From assembly GCA_949290295.1 (NCBI GenBank), contig CASERH010000014.1, forward strand, positions 1 to 54,119: a stretch of DNA of 54,119 nucleotides, written 5' to 3'. The notes beneath the pieces are model-generated. The model ran no database searches. It saw only the letters and a list, made by a program, of their open reading frames with translations, and was not told the DNA's origin. Positions 1-9,587 of this stretch are shown piece by piece. The stretch is from an uncultured Pseudomonadota bacterium (GTDB lineage: Bacteria > Pseudomonadota > Alphaproteobacteria > RF32 > CAG-239). The position numbers and the translations under genes were made by a program. Positions within the stretch are counted from its first letter, which is position 1; each line of letters opens with the position of its first letter.

Positions 1-194
1 TCAGAAACGTTACCATAGTAGGTTTTCAATTTCTGTTTTGCATACAACTGAGTGCCATAGTCAGTTTGTTTTTTTCTTCTCTGACCATGTTGGCCGGGAG
101 CATATTCTCTCTTGGCTACAGAGCTGTTTGGGTTGCCCCAAATCGGGCCGTATTGGCGCTCTTTTTTCTTCTTTGCAGAAACGATACTTTTCAT
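1..194 (-). CDS. rpsD: 30S ribosomal protein S4, N-terminal part (runs off the left edge; absent from the ORF track)
   Basis: Manual translation from ATG at 194: [69 protein letters not shown] and KQKLKxYYG are S4 signatures. Confidence 0.93.
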   Translation of the reverse strand, partial: MKSIVSAKKKKERQYGPIWGNPNSSVAKREYAPGQHGQRRKKQTDYGTQLYAKQKLKTYYGNVS

Positions 195-407
195 CTATAT
201 TTTCCTTATTTTTTTTGATTTCACTTATTGTCCCGGTAGTTTTGGCTTATGCTGCCAAACGAGGCGGTTGTTCCGTCTTCATTCCCGGAAGTGCTCGCAA
301 TGTATAACATTAATTGCGATAAATCAAGAGTTTTTTTGCACAATTTTGTGGATTTTTAAAATTCTAAAGGCTAAAATACAGCAGATTTTAGTGAAAGTAT
401 TGAGCAT

Positions 408-2162
408 ATGTCTTATGAGCTAATGTTTCAAAATGCCGTCAAGCTCCATCAGGATGGGCAGCTTGATCAGGCAGAAAACCTTTACCGGCAAATCCTTGAG
501 ACCGTGCCGGAACAGCCGGACGTGCTCAATTTGCTGGGCCTTGTTGCCCAGGCCAAAGGAGCCCAAGACGAGGCTTGCCGCCTTTTTATGCAAGCTATCA
601 GGGCAAAACCGACAGAGGCTCCGTTCTATTATAATTTGGCGTTTTCTTTTAAGTTGAACGGAAAACCTAAAGAGGCTTTGGAAAATTTTCGTAAGGTTAC
701 GGAACTGGCGCCGGAAATCAAGGAAACTTATAACGAAATTGCCCTCCTGCTCCAACAGGAAGGAGATGTCGACGGCGCCAGAAAAAATTGGCAATATGCC
801 ATCTCGTTAGATGCATCTTTTGCCGAGGCAAAAGCCAACTTCTCCATGAGTTATCGGCAGGAAAACGTTGTCAAAGCCTCGGAAGAACTTGTTCGGTTGG
901 CACAAGAATTTCCCTCGGAGACCCGAATTTTTTATTATCTTACTCAGCTCTATATCCAACGCAATCTATGGGAAAACGCTTGGCAAAGCGCTGTCAAGGC
1001 TAAGGAATTGGCACCGGCATCTGATGAAGTCAGGGTCCTTTTGGGGCAACTTTCTTGCCACGATAAACAATTTGAAAATGCTAAAATTTATTTTGCCAAG
1101 GCGGAGCTTCTTAATCCTTACAATATTGCGGCTCTGATCTCTTTGGCAGATATTTATAGTCGTGAGGGAGATTTTGAACAGGCAGAGCCAAGGTACAAAA
1201 GAGTTCTGGAGTTAGAGCCCAAAAATTTTGAGGCTCACAACAATTATGCGGAAATGCTTCAGCGTCAGGGCCGTTTGAGCGAGGCTTTAGAGGAATATAG
1301 AGCCGCCGTGATTCTTAATCCGAAAGCTGCGGAGGTGAGTAATAACTTGGCCCTTATTTTACGTGATCAAAACGAATATGATGAGGCCTTGGGGCTTTTG
1401 TTTAACGCCCTTACCCATGCACCAAACATGGAAGAAATATCCATCAATCTTTCTGAAACACTTATCCTATTGGCCAGAAAGGACTTAAATAAGGCTCTTA
1501 CAATTGCGCAAAACTGGCTTAGGAATTTTCCGGAAAATATCTTTGCCCAACAAACTTGTGCAGCCCTAAAAGGAGAAGACATTGGCAATAATAAAGTTTA
1601 TAGTGAAAAGTTGTTTGACCATTTTGCTGATAATTATGAGCTGGTTATCAAGAATTTGGGCTATTCAGCTCCGGTGGCTATGGGAAGAATTGCAGGACCT
1701 CTTAAAGGTACCGTTGTGGATTTGGGCTGTGGTACGGGGCTTGTGGCGCAGGCTCTTAAAAATGATGAAAATATCTTCATAGGGGTCGATATCAGCCAAA
1801 AGATGCTTGATGTTGCTGCCGAAAAACATCTTTATCAATCTTTGGTTAAGTCAGATATTGTTGATTATTTGCAAAAAAATCAGAATTTTGATTGGGCGGT
1901 GATGGGAGATGTTTTGGGCTACATCGACGATATTTCTCAAATAATAAATTTATTAAAAAACAAAAAAATATTGCTTTCTATTGAAGCTTTAGATGAAGAT
2001 AAAAACTACCAAATAATGCCTTCCGGACGCTATAAACATAATCCAAATTATGTCGAAAAACTCTTGAGAGATAACGGATTTGAGTGTATAACTAAAGAAG
2101 AAACAATTCTGCGTTATGAAAACGGTGAACCGGTGAAGGGCTTTATCTTTATGGGAGAATGA
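408..2162 (+). CDS. TPR-repeat protein with C-terminal class I SAM-dependent methyltransferase domain
   Basis: Many TPR motifs, then LFDHFADNYE, VDLGCGTG, GVDISQKML and SGRYKH. Confidence 0.88.
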   Translation: MSYELMFQNAVKLHQDGQLDQAENLYRQILETVPEQPDVLNLLGLVAQAKGAQDEACRLFMQAIRAKPTEAPFYYNLAFSFKLNGKPKEALENFRKVTELAPEIKETYNEIALLLQQEGDVDGARKNWQYAISLDASFAEAKANFSMSYRQENVVKASEELVRLAQEFPSETRIFYYLTQLYIQRNLWENAWQSAVKAKELAPASDEVRVLLGQLSCHDKQFENAKIYFAKAELLNPYNIAALISLADIYSREGDFEQAEPRYKRVLELEPKNFEAHNNYAEMLQRQGRLSEALEEYRAAVILNPKAAEVSNNLALILRDQNEYDEALGLLFNALTHAPNMEEISINLSETLILLARKDLNKALTIAQNWLRNFPENIFAQQTCAALKGEDIGNNKVYSEKLFDHFADNYELVIKNLGYSAPVAMGRIAGPLKGTVVDLGCGTGLVAQALKNDENIFIGVDISQKMLDVAAEKHLYQSLVKSDIVDYLQKNQNFDWAVMGDVLGYIDDISQIINLLKNKKILLSIEALDEDKNYQIMPSGRYKHNPNYVEKLLRDNGFECITKEETILRYENGEPVKGFIFMGE

Positions 2163-2770
2163 AAATGGCTGACCAACTTATCGATATTTATGACAGTGAT
2201 ATGAATTTGCTGGGAACAGCCATGAAGTCCCAGGCCTATAGCGAGGGATTGTGGCACAAAAATGTCCATGTTTGGGTATTAGATGGGGATGATGTTTGGT
2301 TTCAGTTGCGTTCTCAAAATAAGCCCTACTACCCTTCTCTTTTGGATGCTACCGTTACCGGAAGTATTGAAACCGGAGAAACACCTAGACAGACAGCAAT
2401 AAGAGAATTTGAAGAGAAACTCGGCCTTTTGGTTTCTGAATCGGAATTTGAAAAATTGTTTACTTATAAATTTGTTGAAGATGCCACCGGCTTTTTAATC
2501 AGAGCTTTTTGCCCAATCTATGTTGTCAGAAAAAAGTTGAACGCTAAAGCTGTTATCTTTAATCCTGATGAGGTTGAGGCTCTTTTTAGGGCAAAACTCG
2601 ATGATTTGATTGATCTCTTTGCCGGTGATGTTAAAAACATTACATTGGTCGGCTATTCCAAAGATTCAAAAGCTCTGCAAAAACGTAAAGTTTCAGCTTC
2701 TGATTTTGCACCATACGGCGAGAATTACTATCTGAAGGTTTTGACTACCCTTGACAGGATGATTGGCTAG
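2159..2770 (+). CDS. NUDIX hydrolase (IPP-isomerase-like)
   Basis: GLWHKNVHVW and Nudix box GSIETGETPRQTAIREFEEKLG; overlaps the upstream stop (ATGA). Confidence 0.8.
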   Translation: MKMADQLIDIYDSDMNLLGTAMKSQAYSEGLWHKNVHVWVLDGDDVWFQLRSQNKPYYPSLLDATVTGSIETGETPRQTAIREFEEKLGLLVSESEFEKLFTYKFVEDATGFLIRAFCPIYVVRKKLNAKAVIFNPDEVEALFRAKLDDLIDLFAGDVKNITLVGYSKDSKALQKRKVSASDFAPYGENYYLKVLTTLDRMIG

Positions 2771-2792
2771 TTTCTTTTGCCGTTTCTGGTAG

Positions 2793-2830
2793 AAAAAAAC
2801 CGCCTCTGGTCTTCTTACAGAGGCGGTCTT
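2793..2830. terminator. Bidirectional intrinsic terminator
   Basis: ACCGCCTCTG/CAGAGGCGGT stem (2799-2827) with an A-tract on the left, between convergent genes. Confidence 0.7.
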
Positions 2831-2855
2831 ACTTTATAAAGGAGAGTCTATCCGA

Positions 2856-3428
2856 TTAGAAAGAATATTTCAAACCGGCGGTTACCTCGGCAATGTGATT
2901 CAAATCACGAGAGCCAATGTAGCCATAACGTCCGATTACACGAGCAGCCATGTGGTCTGTCAGTTGATACTGAGCACCACCACCGATACGGTAACCTACT
3001 TTGCTCTTGCTTACTTTATCGTTGTATTTCAACTCAGTGTCATAAACGGCAAGACCGGCTGTTCCGACCAAGCTGAATTTTTGCTCACAACCAAGAGGCA
3101 TATAGCCATACATATCCAAACCATAAGCATTGAATTTGAACTTTTTGGTGCCGCCGCCCTGATCTTCTTTCAGGTGAGCTTTACGAGAACCGCCAAACTG
3201 ATAGAAAGCTTCTAAGCTGGCATATTTGCCCATCTCAACACCGGCGTTGATCTTGGCAGAGTTGAAGTTTTCTTTGGCATGCTTGGCTGCACCTTTGAGG
3301 TCCAGATTGGTGTAGGCATAGTCAACACCAACATAGGGTTTCATTTCCTTCATGCTACTCATCATCTCAGCATTGGCTGAGGCAGCTACTAAACAGGCAA
3401 CACTTGCAAGTAATAATGTTTTCTTCAT
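2856..3428 (-). CDS. Outer-membrane beta-barrel protein (OmpA-like/porin family)
   Basis: Signal peptide ending ASANA, amphipathic strands, C-terminal GLKYSF. Confidence 0.85.
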   Translation of the reverse strand: MKKTLLLASVACLVAASANAEMMSSMKEMKPYVGVDYAYTNLDLKGAAKHAKENFNSAKINAGVEMGKYASLEAFYQFGGSRKAHLKEDQGGGTKKFKFNAYGLDMYGYMPLGCEQKFSLVGTAGLAVYDTELKYNDKVSKSKVGYRIGGGAQYQLTDHMAARVIGRYGYIGSRDLNHIAEVTAGLKYSF

Positions 3429-3640
3429 TTTATAAAAACTCCATTTATAAATAGATTTTTGTTTTAAAATAAGTTGAAGTTCACGTTTTTTTGAGCACGA
3501 TCCTGTGCTCTACCCGTTCTACATATACTTGCAAAATCACTTTTAAAGGGGGTGAAATCAAAAAATATAAAAATTTTTTAAGTTTTTTTTTACGCGGTGT
3601 ATGTTTTACTTTTTGCAAATACACTATAAGGAGCTTTTTT

Positions 3641-4309
3641 ATGTCTTTTCGTTGCCCTGATAAATCTTGCTCTCTTTGTCCGAGGTTACTTGAATTTCGC
3701 GCTCAAAATGTGGCCAAATTTCCAACTTATTACAATGGCCCTGTTCCTCCTTTTGGAAGTTTGGAGGCGGAGATCTTAATCGTGGGTATGGCTCCTGGCT
3801 TAAATGGTGCAAACCAAACGGCCAGACCTTTTACCAATGATTATGCCGGCGATGTCCTCTATCCTATCTTGAAGGACAATGGTTTTGCCAAGGGTAATTA
3901 TGGTAAACGTAAAGATGACGGTTTCGAGCTTATTAATGTGAGGGTTACTAATGCCGTGCGTTGCGTGCCGCCGCAGAATAAGGTTACCGGTGATGAGGTC
4001 AAAAATTGCGGACGCTATCTTCAGCAAGAAATAGCCTCAATGCCAAACCTCAAGCTCATCCTTACTCTGGGAGGTGTTGCACACAATGCCGTACTCGGAA
4101 TTTTGGGTTACAAAAAAGCTGCATATAAATTTGCACATGGTGCTTTACATTTTCTGCCAAACCACAATTTGATGATGCTTAATTCTTATCATACATCGCG
4201 CTACAACATCAATACCGGTGTTTTAACCCCGCAGATGTTTGACCAGGTCATCAAGAAAATGAAGGAGTTATTAATTACTGATGCCGGCAAAACCCATGAA
4301 CGCCATTGA
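3641..4309 (+). CDS. Uracil-DNA glycosylase (family 4/5, Fe-S type)
   Basis: CSLCPRL, VGMAPG, NAVRCVPPQNK and YHTSRYN. Start moved to ATG 3641 behind an AAGGAG RBS. Confidence 0.88.
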   Translation: MSFRCPDKSCSLCPRLLEFRAQNVAKFPTYYNGPVPPFGSLEAEILIVGMAPGLNGANQTARPFTNDYAGDVLYPILKDNGFAKGNYGKRKDDGFELINVRVTNAVRCVPPQNKVTGDEVKNCGRYLQQEIASMPNLKLILTLGGVAHNAVLGILGYKKAAYKFAHGALHFLPNHNLMMLNSYHTSRYNINTGVLTPQMFDQVIKKMKELLITDAGKTHERH

Positions 4310-4846
4310 CAGCAAACCTGCCGTAATCAAAGCTATGGGAGTGCCCTGCAAAGCAACCGGTATTTTGGTGTAGGCCAGTCTTTCTCTGATGCCTGCGAAA
4401 ATGACAATTGCCAGCGTAAAGCCCATGGCGCTTGCTAAGGCGTAGCAAACACCGGCCAGCAGCGTGTAATTTTTCTGAATTGTCAAAATAGCAATACCTA
4501 AAACTGCGCAGTTGGTGGTTATCAGCGGCAAAAATATGCCCAAAGCCTGGTATAATGCCGGAGAGACCTTCTTGATGATAATTTCTACCATTTGCACCAA
4601 GGCGGCAATTACCAAAATAAATGTGACAGTTATCATAAAGGTCAGGTTATAAGGCTGCAAAAACGTGTAATAAATCAGAAAAGTTACAATCGTTGATAAG
4701 GTCATAACAAACATGACCGCAAAGCCCATGCCGGCTGCTGTTGATATCTTTTTTGATACACCCAAAAACGGGCAAATTCCTAAAAATTGTGACAAAACAA
4801 TGTTGTTTACAAAAATTGCGGTGATGAAAATCATTAAATATGCCAT
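4271..4846 (-). CDS. rnfA: Rnf electron transport complex subunit A
   Basis: NNIVLSQFLGICPFLGVS and LPLITTNCAVLG. Confidence 0.95.
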   Translation of the reverse strand: MAYLMIFITAIFVNNIVLSQFLGICPFLGVSKKISTAAGMGFAVMFVMTLSTIVTFLIYYTFLQPYNLTFMITVTFILVIAALVQMVEIIIKKVSPALYQALGIFLPLITTNCAVLGIAILTIQKNYTLLAGVCYALASAMGFTLAIVIFAGIRERLAYTKIPVALQGTPIALITAGLLSMAFMGFAGISN

Positions 4847-4849
4847 ATC

Positions 4850-5443
4850 TTAAGCCCTCCGCAACTTATTAAACAATACAATCAGCCCTGCTAAAGCCAG
4901 AAAAGCTCCCGGCGGCATAATAAACAGCAACATCGGTGTGGCATCTTCTCCGACAAGCGGGTAGTTAAACACAGAGCCATTACCCAAAATTTCCCTTACA
5001 ATTCCAAGAGAGGTCAGCCCAATCGTAAAGCCTATTCCCATGCCGATACCATCTAATATTGACTGCCACAAGTTGTTTTTGGAGGCAAAGGCCTCTGCCC
5101 TGCCCAAGATGATGCAGTTTACAACAATGAGCGGAATGAATATACCCAAAGCCGCGTGCAATCCCGGCAGATATGCCGACATCAGCAAGTCAATTACGGT
5201 GACAAAAGCGGCAATAACCACAATATAAGACGGAATTCTCACCATGGGCGGAATAAAATTCTTGATTAGTGAGATGGCTGAGTTTGATAAAATTAACACA
5301 AACAAGGTTGCCAATCCCATGCCTAACCCATTGAATGCTGAAGTGGTGACACCTAAAGTCGGGCACATGCCAAGCAGCATTACAAATGTTGGGTTTTCTT
5401 TTATTATTCCTCTGGTCAGATTCTCATAACTTGTCTTATTCAT
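4850..5443 (-). CDS. rnfE: Rnf complex subunit E
   Basis: [33 protein letters not shown] and PPGAF. Start taken at MNKTSY. Confidence 0.95.
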   Translation of the reverse strand: MNKTSYENLTRGIIKENPTFVMLLGMCPTLGVTTSAFNGLGMGLATLFVLILSNSAISLIKNFIPPMVRIPSYIVVIAAFVTVIDLLMSAYLPGLHAALGIFIPLIVVNCIILGRAEAFASKNNLWQSILDGIGMGIGFTIGLTSLGIVREILGNGSVFNYPLVGEDATPMLLFIMPPGAFLALAGLIVLFNKLRRA

Positions 5444-5444
5444 C

Positions 5445-6020
5445 TTATTTGCCTGCATTAAAGTTGTTGTATGCATCTACCGCTCTTTGGATAGCGTCTA
5501 TGACCGCGCGGGATGTTATTGTGGCGGCTGTTATGCCATCTATTTCGCCGCCGTCTTGCTTGACCTTAAATTTGTGGCGATTGGGATTAAAACCGTCAAA
5601 CTGATTTTTGAATTTTGGTTCGTCTGCTTTGGAGCCAAGACCTGGTGTTTCTCCATGCTTTAAGAGTTTGAAGCTTTTTACGGCGCCGTCTATGTAGAAG
5701 CCGACAATCAGGTCTATGCGACCACCAAAGCCGTTGTTTGAATAGGTTTTGATGGCAAACGAGTTGATGTTGCCATCTTTTCGGGCCGGGTAGAACTCTA
5801 ATTTATCTTTTTTATCCGGTGTTGTGATAATCATCTTCTCCGCAAAGGGATCGTTATCAAAATTCGTTACTACCTCGGAAATGGCTTCAAGTTGTTTTTG
5901 CTCTTGAGCTTTTTTTATGGGCTCTTTGGTGAGGTTGTATACACTTGAAAGGACAAAGGCAGAAAGAACGGCGATTGTCGTCAGGGTGATAAGCATTTTC
6001 AGAAAAGTCTTATAATTCAT
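5445..6020 (-). CDS. rnfG: Rnf complex subunit G (FMN-binding)
   Basis: N-terminal TM, ETPGLGS, and flavinylation motif [11 protein letters not shown]. Confidence 0.93.
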   Translation of the reverse strand: MNYKTFLKMLITLTTIAVLSAFVLSSVYNLTKEPIKKAQEQKQLEAISEVVTNFDNDPFAEKMIITTPDKKDKLEFYPARKDGNINSFAIKTYSNNGFGGRIDLIVGFYIDGAVKSFKLLKHGETPGLGSKADEPKFKNQFDGFNPNRHKFKVKQDGGEIDGITAATITSRAVIDAIQRAVDAYNNFNAGK

Positions 6021-6023
6021 GGC

Positions 6024-7004
6024 TTATCTCCGTTGTCCATAAAGTCTTGGTTGCATATATTTATCTATCAGCGGCACAAAGGCATTCATGATTAGAATGG
6101 CAAAAGACACGCCTTCCGGATATGCACTGTATAATCTGATGATTACCGTTAAAATACCGCAACAAACGGCAAATAAAATCTGCCCTTTCTTGCTCATGGG
6201 TGATGTGGTGTAGTCTGTGGCCATAAATATGGCACCCAACATCAAGCCGCCGGAAAGGATATGCGTGAGAGGATCATAGCGGACATCACCGGTGATGAGC
6301 CACATTAGCCCGGTGATGGCAAAGACCGTGCCAATATAATAAAAGGGAATATGCCAGGTGATGACTCTGCGCCAAAGCATATAGGCTAAGCCGAGCAACA
6401 AGGCAAGAGCTGAAACCTCACCTATACAGCCACCGATATTGCCGATGAACATATCAAAATAGCTTGGCAGTTTGGCATTGATGTATGTGGCAGAGGTTTG
6501 GCCGTCTATGTGCTTTAGGATTCCCAATGTGGTGGCGCCCGTTTGCCCGTCCAAATCCAAAAACTTCAAAAATTCAGGTTTGGGCCATGATGTCATTTGC
6601 ACCGGAAAAGAAATAAATAAAAACACTCGGCCGACTAATGCGGGGTTAAATATATTCTTACCCAATCCGCCATAGCAAAGTTTACCTACAACAATTGCCA
6701 TAAAAGCGCCGACCAAAACCATCCATAGAGGAATTGAACTTGGTAGATTATAGGCCAGCAATAAGCCGGTGACAATGGCTGAAAAATCTGTTACCGTGTT
6801 CTCTTTGTGAAAGCAATAACGATTAAACAAGTACTCAAACCCGGCGCAGGCGGCAACCGATGTCAGAATAACCAAAAGTGCATTGATGCCGAAAAATAAA
6901 ACACCTACTAATGCCGCCGGCAACAATGCGATGGCAACATCCCTCATCAGGGATTTGGTGTCTTGATTGGTTTGCATATGGGGTGCAGTTGATATTTTTA
7001 ACAT
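6024..7004 (-). CDS. rnfD: Rnf complex subunit D
   Basis: GGLGKNIFNPALVGR, TGATTL, GCIGEVS, FMATDYTTSP and YPEGVSFAIL. Confidence 0.95.
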   Translation of the reverse strand: MLKISTAPHMQTNQDTKSLMRDVAIALLPAALVGVLFFGINALLVILTSVAACAGFEYLFNRYCFHKENTVTDFSAIVTGLLLAYNLPSSIPLWMVLVGAFMAIVVGKLCYGGLGKNIFNPALVGRVFLFISFPVQMTSWPKPEFLKFLDLDGQTGATTLGILKHIDGQTSATYINAKLPSYFDMFIGNIGGCIGEVSALALLLGLAYMLWRRVITWHIPFYYIGTVFAITGLMWLITGDVRYDPLTHILSGGLMLGAIFMATDYTTSPMSKKGQILFAVCCGILTVIIRLYSAYPEGVSFAILIMNAFVPLIDKYMQPRLYGQRR

Positions 7005-7006
7005 GG

Positions 7007-8329
7007 TTATTTCTTCTTTTTCAGTTCTATTTTGGCTAATTTACAATAATCCAAAAGTGGTATGTGTGCCGGGCATATGTAGGCGCAGCAGCCACATTCA
7101 ATACAATCTAAAACGTGGCAGTTCTTTACCTCATCTATTTGGTTGGCACGCATCAAGCGCCCAATTAGAAACGGCTGCAGGCCCATTGGACAGGCTTCGG
7201 CGCATTTGCCACAGCGGATACAATCTTCAGCAAGAGCCCCGATGTGATTTTGGTGATGGGGGCATTAATATTGAAGGCAGATGTTCCCATCATGGGGCCG
7301 CCAAATACGACTTGTGCTGTTTGCGGCGTAATTCCTCCTGCTTTTTCCAGCAGGTATGATGCCGGGGTACCTATTCGCACCAAATAATTGGCCGGGTGCA
7401 AGCAAGCATCGCCGCTTACGGTCACAACTCTTTCAAACAAAGGCTTGTTTTTCATGACCGCTTCATAAATAGCAAAAACCGTACCTACGTTTTGGACCAA
7501 GCAACCTGCATCCGCCGGAAGTTTACCGGAGGGAACCTCGCGGCCGGTGATGGCCGTGATTAATTGCTTTTCACCTCCTTGCGGGTATTTGGTGGCACAG
7601 ACCTGAACATTTACGCCAACATAAGTTTTGGTTATCTTGCTCAGGACTTCGATTGCTTTGGGCTTATTCTCATCTATGGCAATGATGGCGTTTTGAATGC
7701 CTAAAATCTTGTTTAATATCTTGGCGCCAATGACAATTTGCTCGCCTTTTTCTACCATTAGGCGGTCATCAGCGGTTAAAAACGGTTCGCATTCTATACC
7801 GTTTAAGATGAGTGTGTCTACCTTTTTGCCTTCCGGAATAGAGGTTTTCACCGGGGTGGGTGCCTTCCGGAATAGAGGTTTTCACCGGGGTGGGATATCC
7901 TGCCCCGCCCATACCGACAATACCGGCTTCTCTTATTTTGGCAATAATTTCTTCGGCCGTGTACGGAATCTCTCTATCAATATCCAGGCTTCTGTCAATA
8001 CTTGGTTCAAACTCGTCGCCTTCAACCTTGATGGTTATCATATCCTCAACATAGCCAAATTCGCCTTCGATGGCCTCTACTTTTAGGACCTCGCCGGAAA
8101 CTGAAGAATGGACATCGGCCGAGACAATGCCGTCTGCGTCTGCCAAAAGGGTTCCCACCTTTACCTTATCTCCCGGTTTGACCAGTATTTTGGCCGGGGC
8201 GCCGATATGCTGTTTGACCGGAATATAAACCGTTTCCGGCAGACCGGCAAAAATAATCGGCGAATCTGTGGTAATCTTATATTTATTCGGATGAATGCCG
8301 CCGAGAGGAAATGTTTTTATCTTAGTCAT
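7007..8329 (-). pseudogene. rnfC: Rnf complex subunit C, disrupted by a 34-bp tandem duplication and a second frameshifting deletion (real or assembly error)
   Basis: Three segments in alternating frames: GGIHP...QHIGAPA...GIVGMGGAGYPT; then NGIECEPFLTADDR...KYPQGGEKQL...GGPMMG; then CIRCGKCAEACPMGL...CIECGCCAYICP ending KKKK-TAA at 7007. Confidence 0.9.
7827..7894. repeat. Perfect 34-bp tandem duplication inside rnfC
   Basis: TGCCTTCCGGAATAGAGGTTTTCACCGGGGTGGG at 7827-7860 and 7861-7894. Confidence 0.97.
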
Positions 8330-9158
8330 TATTCTTCTCCTCTTTGGTATAAATGATGGCGCCGGTTGGGCAGGCCTCGCGCAGAGCTTTTCCAAATTCC
8401 TCGGCCGAAACCGTATCCGGAATATAGGACAAATTGTTCTCTACCTTTACTTCTGCATTAACTTTGGTGCATTTTTGGCACGCAATGCAGGCGGCTTTGC
8501 AGTTTTTGCGAGCAATGGCGCCTTTTTGGGTGTTGCGGCAAGCGACATAGAGCATTTCTCCGTTTTCGGTTTTGGGTCTGATTTCAAACAGTCCCCGCGG
8601 GCACATCCTTACACAAGCGCCGCAAGATGTGCACTTGTTATGATCTATAATCGGAATGCCGGTCTCTTTATTCATGCTTAGGGCGCCGAATTTGCAGACC
8701 TTGATGCAATCACCCAAACGCAGGCAGCCTGTCGGACAGCCGGTTTGGCCGCTTGAGATGCGGGCAGCTATGCGGCAGCTGGTTATATGATCGTAGTTGA
8801 CTTTTAAGGGCGCGTTTTGGCAAGTGCCGTTGCAACGCAAAACCGCAGCGGTTGGTTTCTTTTCAACCTTGGCAAAACCACGCAGGGCGGCAATTTGATC
8901 CATCACTTGTTGTCCACCGACCGGGCAATATAAGCCGGCAAAACCTTTCTCATCTACAAAGGCGCAGGCTTGGGCAAAATCGTGGCAGCCGGCCTTGCCG
9001 CAGCCGCCGCAATTGGCCTGGGGCAACAGCGCGTCTATTTCCACAATCTTGACATCTTCGGCGATTGCAAATTTGCGCGAAACCAAATACAAAACAATGG
9101 CAGAAACTATCGCTATTCCGCCTAAAACCAGAACACTTAACAGAACCGTATCGTCCAT
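8322..9158 (-). CDS. rnfB: Rnf complex subunit B (polyferredoxin)
   Basis: LPQANCGGCGKAGC, CPVGG, GCLRLGDCIKVCKF and CTSCGACVRMCP. Confidence 0.93.
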   Translation of the reverse strand: MDDTVLLSVLVLGGIAIVSAIVLYLVSRKFAIAEDVKIVEIDALLPQANCGGCGKAGCHDFAQACAFVDEKGFAGLYCPVGGQQVMDQIAALRGFAKVEKKPTAAVLRCNGTCQNAPLKVNYDHITSCRIAARISSGQTGCPTGCLRLGDCIKVCKFGALSMNKETGIPIIDHNKCTSCGACVRMCPRGLFEIRPKTENGEMLYVACRNTQKGAIARKNCKAACIACQKCTKVNAEVKVENNLSYIPDTVSAEEFGKALREACPTGAIIYTKEEKNND

Positions 9159-9170
9159 TTTATAATCCAA

Positions 9171-9587
9171 TTATTCTTTTTTTGAGATGCTAAACCGAAA
9201 CCTGCCGGCTATTTTTTTCTTGTTTAAGAATAGCCAGAAATAATAAGGAATCAAGATAATTATCGCAGATATGCCACCGTTTATTTCACTTTTGCTCACC
9301 AGATAAACGCTTATCAGCGCTGCGAGCATTAGGATAAGCGGTAATCCATAGCTAAGAAAAACAGCCAAGAACCCGGAGGTCGCCTCCAGTCTGACGGTGA
9401 CAATTTCTCCCGGCGTGAACTGCCGATTAGCATCATCGCTGATTTCTATGACTTTGGCTTGACTATTTATAAGCCCGCAGCTATCTTTGGCCACACATTG
9501 GTTGCAAGCCGACTGTCTGGATATCTTGACGCCGACGATATTGCCTTTTTGAAAAACGACCTCTCCTTCGTGCTTAATCGTTTCCAT
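9171..9587 (-). CDS. rseC: RseC/MucC family membrane protein
   Basis: SACNQCVAKDSC cysteine motif, two C-terminal TMs, first gene before rnfB. Confidence 0.85.
   Translation of the reverse strand: METIKHEGEVVFQKGNIVGVKISRQSACNQCVAKDSCGLINSQAKVIEISDDANRQFTPGEIVTVRLEATSGFLAVFLSYGLPLILMLAALISVYLVSKSEINGGISAIIILIPYYFWLFLNKKKIAGRFRFSISKKE

Noticed and set aside
38-423. ORFs 38..307 and 112..423 on the + strand
   Set aside because: They are antisense to the real rpsD N-terminus and its leader.
4271-4309. 39-bp convergent overlap of the UDG gene and rnfA
   Set aside because: Short tail-to-tail overlaps are common and show no sign of function here.
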